The notes under the pieces: generated by a model
What the model saw: the letters and a program-made list of their open reading frames with translations, nothing else
The model's database searches: none
What the model was told of the DNA's origin: nothing
Program-made: the position numbers and the translations under genes
NCBI GenBank assembly: GCA_963751665.1
Contig: CAVVVF010000005.1
Span: 23,924-87,923, forward strand
From: an uncultured Actinomycetes bacterium
GTDB taxonomy: Bacteria; Actinomycetota; UBA4738; HRBIN12
Reading direction: 5' to 3'
Length of the DNA: 64,000 nucleotides
Shown here: positions 19,212 through 26,435 of the stretch, in pieces
Layout: each line of letters begins with the position of its first letter
How positions within the stretch are numbered: the first letter of the stretch is position 1

Positions 19212-20477
19212 ATGGCCACGAGCGCGACGCACGTCCACGACCACGACAGCGGTGAGGGCCTGCTCTCGGTGGAGGACGCCAGGCAGAAGGTCCTCGCGCA
19301 GGTCCAACCGCTCGCCACCATCAACCTCCCTCTCACCGAGGCTCACGGTTGCGTCTTGGCGGAGGACGCGGTGGCCCCCTCCGACCTCCCGGACTTCCCG
19401 TCCTCCGCGATGGACGGGTTCGCCGTCCGCTCGAGCGATGTGGCGGGAGCGTCGCCGGCATCGCCCGTCGAGCTCACGATCTCCGGGCGGGCCCCCATCG
19501 GTCGGCGTCCCGAAGCGACCGTTGGAGGCGAGGAGGCCGTCCGAATCGCCACCGGGGCGCCGGTCCCCGCGGGCGCAGACACGATCGTGCCCATCGAGAA
19601 CTGCGAGGCTGCCGGGGACCGGGTCCGGATACTGGCGGCATCGCCGGAGGGGAAGCACATCCGTCCCACGGGCGAGGACGTGAAGGCCGGCGAGATCCTC
19701 GTCGCTCGGGGGCGCCGGCTCGGCGCCCCCGAGCTGGCCCTCCTAGCCACGGCGGGCTTCTCGCACCCGCTGGTCCACCCCCGGCCACGTGTCGTGGTGC
19801 TCTCGACCGGGGACGAGCTGATCGCTCCGCCGGGCTCGCCTGCGTACGGTCAGGTCCGCGACTCGAACGCCTACCTGTTGTTCGGTGCCCTTCGGGAGGC
19901 GGGCGCCGCCCCGGTCCTGGCCGGCATCGTCCGCGACGAGGTGGACGAGCTCCGCGACACCGTGCTCTCGCGCCTGGCCCAGGCCGACGCGTTCGTGTCC
20001 TCGGGAGGCGTGTCGGTGGGGGAGCGAGACGTCGTGAAGGCGGCCTTCTTCCGCCGGGGTGACGTCGAGTTCTTCAAGGTGGCTATGCAGCCGGGCATGC
20101 CGCAGGGGTTCGGCCACATCGAGGGCAAGCCCTACTTCGGCCTCCCGGGGAACCCGGTCAGCGTCTTCGTCTCGTTCGAGGTGTTCATCCGGCCGGCGAT
20201 CCTGAAGATGATGGGCCGAACGAGCCTGTTCCGCCCTGAGGTCACCGCGCGCCTCACCGCCGACGTCTCGGGGCCGAAGGGCAAGACCCAGTTCGCGCGT
20301 GTGCTGGTGCGGCCGGACGACGACGGGTACGTCGCCACACCGACCGGAGGCCGGGGTTCCAACCTCATCTCCACCGTGGCCCGGGCGAACGGCCTGGCCA
20401 TCGTGCCCTCCGGCGTCGACACGGCGCCGGCGGGCAGCGAGGTCACGGTCATGCTGTTCCGCGCGCCGGAGGACTGA
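19212..20477 (+). CDS. moeA: Molybdopterin molybdotransferase MoeA
   Basis: SAMDGFA, IATGA, STGDEL, SGGVSVG, GLPGNP. Confidence 0.96.
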   Translation: MATSATHVHDHDSGEGLLSVEDARQKVLAQVQPLATINLPLTEAHGCVLAEDAVAPSDLPDFPSSAMDGFAVRSSDVAGASPASPVELTISGRAPIGRRPEATVGGEEAVRIATGAPVPAGADTIVPIENCEAAGDRVRILAASPEGKHIRPTGEDVKAGEILVARGRRLGAPELALLATAGFSHPLVHPRPRVVVLSTGDELIAPPGSPAYGQVRDSNAYLLFGALREAGAAPVLAGIVRDEVDELRDTVLSRLAQADAFVSSGGVSVGERDVVKAAFFRRGDVEFFKVAMQPGMPQGFGHIEGKPYFGLPGNPVSVFVSFEVFIRPAILKMMGRTSLFRPEVTARLTADVSGPKGKTQFARVLVRPDDDGYVATPTGGRGSNLISTVARANGLAIVPSGVDTAPAGSEVTVMLFRAPED

Positions 20478-20932
20478 TGGCGGCCGGCGACGCGGCGCGC
20501 ATCGTCGACGTCGGTAGCAAGGAGGTCACCGACCGAGAGGCCATGGCCGAGTGCGTGATCACGATGACCCCGGAGGCCTGCGCGCACCTCGAGGCGGGGA
20601 CGCCGAAGGGAAACCCTATCGAGGCCGCCCGGGTGGCGGGCATCATGGGTGTGAAGCGGACACCCGACCTCCTCCCGTTCTGCCACCCGATCGCGGTAAC
20701 TGGGGCCGAGGTCGTCGTGGAGCCCGATCGGTCGACCGGGCGCATCCGGGTCCAGGCGCGCGTGACCGCCCGCGACCGGACGGGCGTGGAGATGGAGGCC
20801 CTCACGGCGGCGGCGGTCGCCGCGCTCAGCCTGTACGACACGGCCAAGGCCTTCGACCGAGCCGCTCGCATCGACGGGCTCCGCCTGTTGGAGAAGAAGG
20901 GCGGGAAGAGCGGGGACTACCGGGCCGGCTGA
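20477..20932 (+). CDS. moaC: Cyclic pyranopterin monophosphate synthase MoaC
   Basis: VDVGSK, LLPFCHP, TGVEMEAL, KKGGKSG. Confidence 0.95.
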   Translation: MAAGDAARIVDVGSKEVTDREAMAECVITMTPEACAHLEAGTPKGNPIEAARVAGIMGVKRTPDLLPFCHPIAVTGAEVVVEPDRSTGRIRVQARVTARDRTGVEMEALTAAAVAALSLYDTAKAFDRAARIDGLRLLEKKGGKSGDYRAG

Positions 20933-20962
20933 GCGCTGGCCGCGCGCGGAGAAGTTCGCGCG

Positions 20963-20980
20963 AATCACACGTATGTGATT
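20963..20980. promoter_or_regulatory. Palindromic operator AATCACA-N4-TGTGATT abutting the -35 element
   Basis: Perfect 7-bp inverted repeat in an AT-enriched intergenic stretch. Confidence 0.55.
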
Positions 20981-21031
20981 GAGCACGCCACATGTGGGTG
21001 CTAGCGTCCGAACACAGACCACATGTTGTAC
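20979..21031 (+). promoter_or_regulatory. Sigma70-type promoter TTGAGC-N17-TAGCGT overlapped by tandem NrdR-like boxes (20985-21000 and 21016-21031)
   Basis: Both 16-mers keep C4, A6, A8, T9, T11 and G13 of the acaCwAtATaTwGtgt consensus and lie 31 bp apart. Confidence 0.65.
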
Positions 21032-21075
21032 ACGTGGTGGCGGGCCGGGGAAACCGCGAACGAAAGGCTGGGCGC

Positions 21076-21652
21076 GTGGGTTGGTTGACGCTTGCGGCCT
21101 TGGGCATAGTATGGGCCGCCTTCCTCCTCCCCAAGAGCCGCCGGAGCGGTTCGCTTGTGGAGAGCGTGGAGGACTTCGAACGGAAGATGGAGCTGTTGGC
21201 TGAGACAGGACGACACGAAGATGGGCGGTGGATCATCACCCCACGCAAGGGGACCCCGTTCCTCGGACCCGACGCCCGTTCCCAGCGCCAGGGCCCGGGA
21301 GCGACGGCGCCGGGTCTTCGTCTCCCTTCTCGAGAGCATCGGCCTCACGTTCCTGATCGGCCTGGTGCCGCCTCTTCGGCCCATGTGGGCCGTGACCGGC
21401 ATCCTGGTGGCGGCATTGGGCGCGTACGTGTGGTTGCTCCTGTGGATGAAGAAACAGGGTGCCGAGGCATCGGCGAGGCGAAGCGTGCAGGAGGCGAATG
21501 TGCCGGACCGCCCGAGGCCGGTCAGGCATCGCTATGTGTCGGAGGGCAAGCTGGCCAAGCCGGCGTACAGCGGGCTCGGCGTCTTCGACCACGACGACCT
21601 CACCAACATCGTGGTCCGGCCGGTCCGAAAGGTCGGCGTGGCCGGCGCCTAG
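21076..21652 (+). CDS. SepX/GlpR-like membrane protein, frameshifted near 21280
   Basis: N-terminal TM ending WAAFLLP, SVEDFERKMELL, RRRRVF followed by a TM hairpin. It occupies the moaC-tRNA-Ala position of actinobacterial sepX/glpR. GAAAGG SD. Confidence 0.68.
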
Positions 21653-21676
21653 CCCGGCGTCTAGACTCCGGCCGCG

Positions 21677-22312
21677 ATGAACCTGGATCAGATCTCGGAC
21701 GACGTTCGCCTTCGCTTCGACCAGCGGATGGAGGCCCGTGAGCGCGCCCTCCCCGCCGCACGGCGCGCCATCCGGTCCTGCGCCAACGCGATCCGGGCCA
21801 TCCACCGCTCCGAGTGGGACAAGGCTCACATGCTCATGGACCAAGCGAAGGCGGCCATCGACGAGGGCCTGTCGGCCGTGCGCGATCATCCCGAGATCCG
21901 GTTCGCCGGGTACCTCCAGGACGCCCAGAAGGAGTACGCGGAGGCCCGCATCACCGAGGCAGTGGTGACCGCGGCCGGCCAGCTTCCCACTCCCGAGGAG
22001 CTGGGCGTGGAGGACGCGCCGTTCCTGAACGGGATGTCCGAGGCCATCGGGGAGGGTCGCCGCCACATCCTGGACCTGCTCCGCCATGGCGAGGTGGACC
22101 GGGGCGAGGCCATCCTCTCGGCGATGGACGACATCTACTACGTGCTGGTGTCGATGGACTATCCCGACGCCATCACGATGAACCTTCGGCGCTCCACCGA
22201 CGTGGCCCGGAGCCTGATCGAGAAGACCCGCGGCGACCTGTCGATCGCGATCGTCCAGCGGCAGCTCCGCGACGCGCTCGATCGCCACGCCAAGGATGTG
22301 CTTGGCAAGTAG
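21677..22312 (+). CDS. Translin/TRAX-family protein (putative ssRNA endonuclease)
   Basis: ARERAL..R, AIRAIHR, AQKEYAEA, LNGMSEAIGEGRR, LRRSTDVARSLIEKTR pattern typical of archaeal/bacterial translin-like proteins. Confidence 0.85.
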   Translation: MNLDQISDDVRLRFDQRMEARERALPAARRAIRSCANAIRAIHRSEWDKAHMLMDQAKAAIDEGLSAVRDHPEIRFAGYLQDAQKEYAEARITEAVVTAAGQLPTPEELGVEDAPFLNGMSEAIGEGRRHILDLLRHGEVDRGEAILSAMDDIYYVLVSMDYPDAITMNLRRSTDVARSLIEKTRGDLSIAIVQRQLRDALDRHAKDVLGK

Positions 22313-22344
22313 CGAGGTCGGCCTTTGCTAGGCTAGCCGAGCAC

Positions 22345-22418
22345 GGGGGTGTAGCTCAGACCGGTAGAGCACTGCCTTCGCACGGCAGGGGTCAGGGGTT
22401 CAAATCCCCTCACCTCCA
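22345..22418 (+). tRNA. tRNA-Ala(CGC), CCA end not encoded
   Basis: Acceptor stem GGGGGTG/CACCTCC with the G3:U70 pair, anticodon arm CTGCC-TTCGCAC-GGCAG, T-loop TTCAAAT. Confidence 0.97.
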
Positions 22419-22541
22419 CGTTCAACGCCTCATTCGACTCGGCCGTGCAAAGAGAGGCTCGAACACCTCGGACAATTCCACTCGAGGCTCTGTCGCGAGC
22501 TGTGGGTTGAATGCGCGGCGACAGTGGCCTACCCTGGGGGC

Positions 22542-22817
22542 ATGAACAGAGGAACAGGAACGGGACTCATCGTGTTCGGCGTCGTGCTGGGTGTCGTCGG
22601 CGCGATCATGGCGTTCGCGATCACCGTGCACACACGCGGGTTCAACATCAATACCGCGGGCTGGATCCTGCTCGTCGTCGGGATCGTCGTCCTGGTGATC
22701 GGGATCGCGATCTTGGTGACCGGCAGCCGGAGGAGCTCGACAACCGTCGAGAACGTCAAGAACACGCCTACGGGACAGGAGCGCGTCGAGGAGCGGCGGG
22801 ACTGGGGCACGCCCTAA
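22542..22817 (+). CDS. Small two-TM membrane protein (DUF6458-like)
   Basis: GAIMAFA..GFNINTAGWILLVVG pattern. Confidence 0.78.
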   Translation: MNRGTGTGLIVFGVVLGVVGAIMAFAITVHTRGFNINTAGWILLVVGIVVLVIGIAILVTGSRRSSTTVENVKNTPTGQERVEERRDWGTP

Positions 22818-22903
22818 ACCGGGCCCGGCCGCACAAGAGCGACACCAAGCACACGAAGCCCGGCCCGAGGGCCGAGGCTCTGGTTCGGCGTCGAAGGAGG
22901 AAC

Positions 22904-22996
22904 ATGCTTGCGGCTGGCGGAGGGCTCGGTATCGTCGGCATCATCGTGGTCGTTCTTATCGTGCTGGCAATCGTCTACTTCGTGAGGCGTCGCTGA
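22904..22996 (+). CDS. 30-aa single-TM microprotein
   Basis: AAGGAGG SD. MLAAGGGLGIVGIIVVVLIVLAIVYFVRRR. Confidence 0.72.
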   Translation: MLAAGGGLGIVGIIVVVLIVLAIVYFVRRR

Positions 22997-23043
22997 ACGA
23001 AACGATCCTGCGAACCGGAAGACCACAAGGTAGGGAGGCGAGC

Positions 23044-23220
23044 ATGAGCCGCACGTTGGGCGCAGTGCTGTTCGTTGTCTACATCATCATCGGCCTGGTC
23101 GTGGCGGCTGGACACCATTACTTCGAGCATCTCGGCTCGCCGAAGCCGATCGCCTCGGCAGTCCTCGCAGTGCTGTTGTGGCCCCTGGTCCTCTTCGGGG
23201 TCAACCTTCATCTCAAGTAA
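23044..23220 (+). CDS. 58-aa two-TM microprotein
   Basis: GGGAGG SD. VYIIIGLVVA..YF..ASAVLAVLLWPLVLFGVNLH. Confidence 0.75.
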   Translation: MSRTLGAVLFVVYIIIGLVVAAGHHYFEHLGSPKPIASAVLAVLLWPLVLFGVNLHLK

Positions 23221-23239
23221 GGGCGCCGGGAGGTGCTTG

Positions 23240-23423
23240 ATGGCAGGAACAGCGAGGCAGGCCGAGAGGGAAGGCAAACAAGGTCGCAGGGTCCGCCAAG
23301 AAGGCAGTCGGAAAGGCAACGAAGAATCGGAGTCTTCAGGCGAAGGGATCCGTACAGAAGGCCAAGGGCACCGTCCAGGACACTGCTGGCAAGCTCGGAC
23401 GGAAGGTTCGTGGCAAGAGCTAG
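23240..23423 (+). CDS. CsbD-family stress protein, frameshifted near 23265
   Basis: GGGAGG SD. The shifted frame reads GKANKVAGSAKKAVGKATKNRSLQAKGSVQKAKG. Confidence 0.75.
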
Positions 23424-23434
23424 CTCATGAACGG

Positions 23435-23653
23435 TTACCCTTCGGGGTCGACGGGCGTCACCGTCTCGTCCGACGTGCGGCGCTCCACGTCGAGCCGATC
23501 GGCGTCGGCGGTTTTGAGCTGCGCGCCTTCGACCTCGTGGCCGCACGTGAAGGTCTGCACCTGACGGCTCTCGGGCTGCTGGTCGCCGAAGTCGATGGTG
23601 CGCAGGGTGCCCTCACCACAGATGGGGCAGGTAGTCGAGTCGGGCTCACTCAT
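23435..23653 (-). CDS. 72-aa CPxCG zinc-finger-like protein
   Basis: CPICGEG..FTCGH. Confidence 0.68.
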   Translation of the reverse strand: MSEPDSTTCPICGEGTLRTIDFGDQQPESRQVQTFTCGHEVEGAQLKTADADRLDVERRTSDETVTPVDPEG

Positions 23654-23695
23654 CGGGTCTACGGTACACCGAAGTCCAAGCGGTTCCTCGCGAGC

Positions 23696-24220
23696 TCAGA
23701 ACGTGAACGAGCAGTTCTCGCAGAGGAACGCGCCGGTCGGACCCGGTGCGCTGTGGCCGCCGCAACGAGGACACCGGCGGCAGGGCGCCCCGGTCTTCCC
23801 ACATGGAACGGGATCCGTCGTCGTTCCGGGCTCGTCCCACGAGGTCGCGCCCTCAGCGGGGCGCGGGAGCTGCATCGAGAGCAGGTACATCGGCTTGGGC
23901 CCGGACAGGAACCCGTGCGGGTGGCGGTCGGCCCGCCCTACGATCATCCCCGGATTGAGCGCCAGAGGCTCCTCCGTTCCGAAGCGCGCCTGACCCTTGC
24001 CACCGAGTACCGTCACCCACTCTTCCGAGTCCGGGTGGGTGTGCGCGTAGGCGATCTGGTGAGGCGCGAAGCACTGGAGTGAGAGGTAGTAGTCCGACCC
24101 CGTCGAGATCGGGACCCGGCGAAACCCCGACGGGCACAGCTCGACCAGGTCCCGAGGCGCAGCGCGGAAGACCCCGAGGTTGTCCAGGACCTCCGCCAGG
24201 TCTCCGATCGAGTGGTGCAT
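23696..24220 (-). CDS. Cupin domain protein with Cys-rich zinc-ribbon tail
   Basis: HTHPDSEE..HPHG cupin ligands, C-terminal CRRCPRCGGH..CENC. Confidence 0.78.
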   Translation of the reverse strand: MHHSIGDLAEVLDNLGVFRAAPRDLVELCPSGFRRVPISTGSDYYLSLQCFAPHQIAYAHTHPDSEEWVTVLGGKGQARFGTEEPLALNPGMIVGRADRHPHGFLSGPKPMYLLSMQLPRPAEGATSWDEPGTTTDPVPCGKTGAPCRRCPRCGGHSAPGPTGAFLCENCSFTF

Positions 24221-24353
24221 CCCGCCCGGAAGTAGATGACGAAACCGAGCTGGGAGCAACCGGACCACGCCCCTGGGCTGGTCGCCGCCGCGGTCTCGCT
24301 CGCTGTCAGCGACCGAGCGGCGCCACCTATATAGTGGCTAGAGGCTAAAGGGG

Positions 24354-24551
24354 GTGGGCGACATGCTCGGAGCTCTCGGGATGCTCGCGGCGAAGGGCGG
24401 CCGCAACACCGACACCATCTTGTGGATCATCGCTGCCGTGCTTGTGATTGCCGGCATCGTGTCTCTCCTCAGGGGAGCGGTCATCGTCGGGATCGTCCTC
24501 ATCATCCTTGGACTGCTCGTGGGACCAGGTGGGGTGAGCATCTTCAGCTAG
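24354..24551 (+). CDS. GPGG-motif small membrane protein
   Basis: ILWIIAAVLVIAGIV..GLLVGPGGVSIF. Exact start is uncertain. Confidence 0.8.
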   Translation: MGDMLGALGMLAAKGGRNTDTILWIIAAVLVIAGIVSLLRGAVIVGIVLIILGLLVGPGGVSIFS

Positions 24552-24614
24552 CCCAGGAAGGCTCAAGAAAGACGCTCCTTACCAAGTTCGGCCAGCGGAG
24601 GGAGGAAGCGGCTC

Positions 24615-24752
24615 ATGGACAACCCGGTTCTTTGGGTGGTGGTCGGCGTGGTGGGGGTTCTTCTCCTCATTTTCCTGTTTCGCGGCGCCGGCCGCAGGCG
24701 AGGTGCGCGCGGCCGCGGAGGGCTTCGCCGGCGGTGGACCTTTCGCCGCTAG
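24615..24752 (+). CDS. 45-aa single-TM microprotein with Arg-rich tail
   Basis: GGAGGA SD. MDNPVLWVVVGVVGVLLLIFLFRGAGRRR... Confidence 0.65.
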   Translation: MDNPVLWVVVGVVGVLLLIFLFRGAGRRRGARGRGGLRRRWTFRR

Positions 24753-24807
24753 GTTGGCGTGACCCCGCCAGCGGGTTCTCCATGGCGAGCCGCGCTGGCC
24801 ACCAGCC

Positions 24808-25215
24808 TCAGGCCACGGTCACCGACCCTCGCATCCCGAATGCGTAGTGCCCCGGGAGATGGCAGCCGAAGATGAGCGAGCCCGACCGAACGAAGGTGTA
24901 GGTCGTCGTCCGGGTCGTGCCCGCGGGGATCGACATCTCGCCGGGACGAGGCGCGTGGTGCGCCTCGGTCCCCAGCTCGTGGACCTCCTGGACCTTGGCA
25001 TCGCCCAGGATGAACTCGTGATCGATGGGATCGGTGTTGTGGACCACGAACCGGACGGTCGTGCCCGGGACGAACTCGAGCTTCGAGGGATCGAAGTGCG
25101 AGTAGTGGATGGTGATCTCCACCGTTCGCACTCCCGGGTTCGCGGCTGCGGGGCGGCATGCGGCCGGGACCGCGATCAATGCGATCGCGAGCACCAGCCG
25201 CAGGCCGCCCCTCAT
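24808..25215 (-). CDS. Cupredoxin (blue copper) lipoprotein
   Basis: Lipobox-like VPAA-C, type 1 Cu ligands DHEF and GCHLPGHYAFGM. Confidence 0.88.
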   Translation of the reverse strand: MRGGLRLVLAIALIAVPAACRPAAANPGVRTVEITIHYSHFDPSKLEFVPGTTVRFVVHNTDPIDHEFILGDAKVQEVHELGTEAHHAPRPGEMSIPAGTTRTTTYTFVRSGSLIFGCHLPGHYAFGMRGSVTVA

Positions 25216-25221
25216 TGCTGT

Positions 25222-26313
25222 CTACCCCACCCTCGGACGGAGCCGGCTGCGGCCGAGCCAGGCCCCCGTCGCGATCCCGGCGATCAGGGCCAGGGCGGCG
25301 AGAGCCGCCGGCCAGATGCGACCGGCGGCCGCGTCCAACGCTGAAGCGTCGCGAGGCGACAGGCCGGCCGCGACCGGCGAGGGCCGTCCGGCGCCGGTCG
25401 CATCGACGGCGAGGTCGTACTTCAGGGCACCGGCGTTCGCGTCCACGCGCATGTACGTGAGCCACATCCCGGATGCCGGAAGCCATTGCATCCCCTTGTC
25501 CGAGCGGAGATCGGAGAGGAGCGATCCCGAGGCAGGCTCGCTGCGCTCGAGCACGAGCCCCGGTCGGGGCGAACCTTCTGGGGCCACTCCGATGAGGGGC
25601 GAGCTCGATCCGCCGGCCTCGACGGGCGCGGGGAGCAACGCGGGCTCGCGGTCGGTCAGCAGGAAGACGTCGGCCTCGATGGGCGCATCCGCGGGTGCGC
25701 CGAGCCCCAGGATCCGGAGGGGGACCCACGGGTTCGTCGTTGGGATGACCACGTGCACCGGCGTGCCCTCGCCCTGCGAGATCCCTTGCTCCTTGGCCCG
25801 GTCGCCGTTGAACCGGACGGCCATGAAGATTGGGCTGCGGTTCGCGTAGAAGTCGAGGACCTCCGGCGCGTCGGGCGGGAGCAGGAACCCATGCTCGCGA
25901 GCCCAGTTGCCGACGGCCGTGCCCCCGCCCTTCAGGACCGTCACGTCGAGGGCGTCGATCTGGGTCTCGAGGAGCACCTTGGCGTCGGCGGCCGCGGGGG
26001 AGGCGAGCGCGGCGAACCGGAGCACCGGTTGCGTCTCCTGCACAAGTCGCTGGAGCGTCCAGTCCCCGGCGCGCACGACCTTCGAAGGCACGCCGGGCAG
26101 GGGAACGATCGAGCCGAACTCCCCGCCGACCCCGGCGAACTGGAATGAGGTCACGTAGTGCTCGACCCCGAGGTGGTACGCGGCGAGGGTCGTGGTGCGG
26201 ACGAGAGTGACGCTGCCGTTCGCGTTCACCAGCCCGCCGCAGGCCCAAGCCGGGCCGCCGGCCAGGAGAAGGACGAGTGTGGCTGGCACCAGGAAGACGA
26301 TCCGTCGGCGCAT
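25222..26313 (-). CDS. DUF2330-like exported protein with C-terminal TM anchor
   Basis: Signal peptide AWA-CGG, FGSIVPLP, LDVTVL..W..HGF, WVPLRIL. Confidence 0.72.
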   Translation of the reverse strand: MRRRIVFLVPATLVLLLAGGPAWACGGLVNANGSVTLVRTTTLAAYHLGVEHYVTSFQFAGVGGEFGSIVPLPGVPSKVVRAGDWTLQRLVQETQPVLRFAALASPAAADAKVLLETQIDALDVTVLKGGGTAVGNWAREHGFLLPPDAPEVLDFYANRSPIFMAVRFNGDRAKEQGISQGEGTPVHVVIPTTNPWVPLRILGLGAPADAPIEADVFLLTDREPALLPAPVEAGGSSSPLIGVAPEGSPRPGLVLERSEPASGSLLSDLRSDKGMQWLPASGMWLTYMRVDANAGALKYDLAVDATGAGRPSPVAAGLSPRDASALDAAAGRIWPAALAALALIAGIATGAWLGRSRLRPRVG

Positions 26314-26435
26314 GGCGTGCCTCCTTCGGTCGGGTACGACCGAGCTTGGACGCCGGCACGAGCGTGGGGGGTTCCCTGCATCTCAAGCGCCTGGTGCCGA
26401 TGCCGATACTCGACCGAAACGGAGAGAAGGATCGC

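Noticed and set aside
24322-24338. CCACCTATATAGTGG as another NrdR box
   Set aside because: It is one base too long to fit the 16-bp consensus and has no partner box about 31 bp away.
22345-24800. Prophage or integrative element at tRNA-Ala
   Set aside because: No integrase, and I could not find a duplicated tRNA 3' end (att) in the window.
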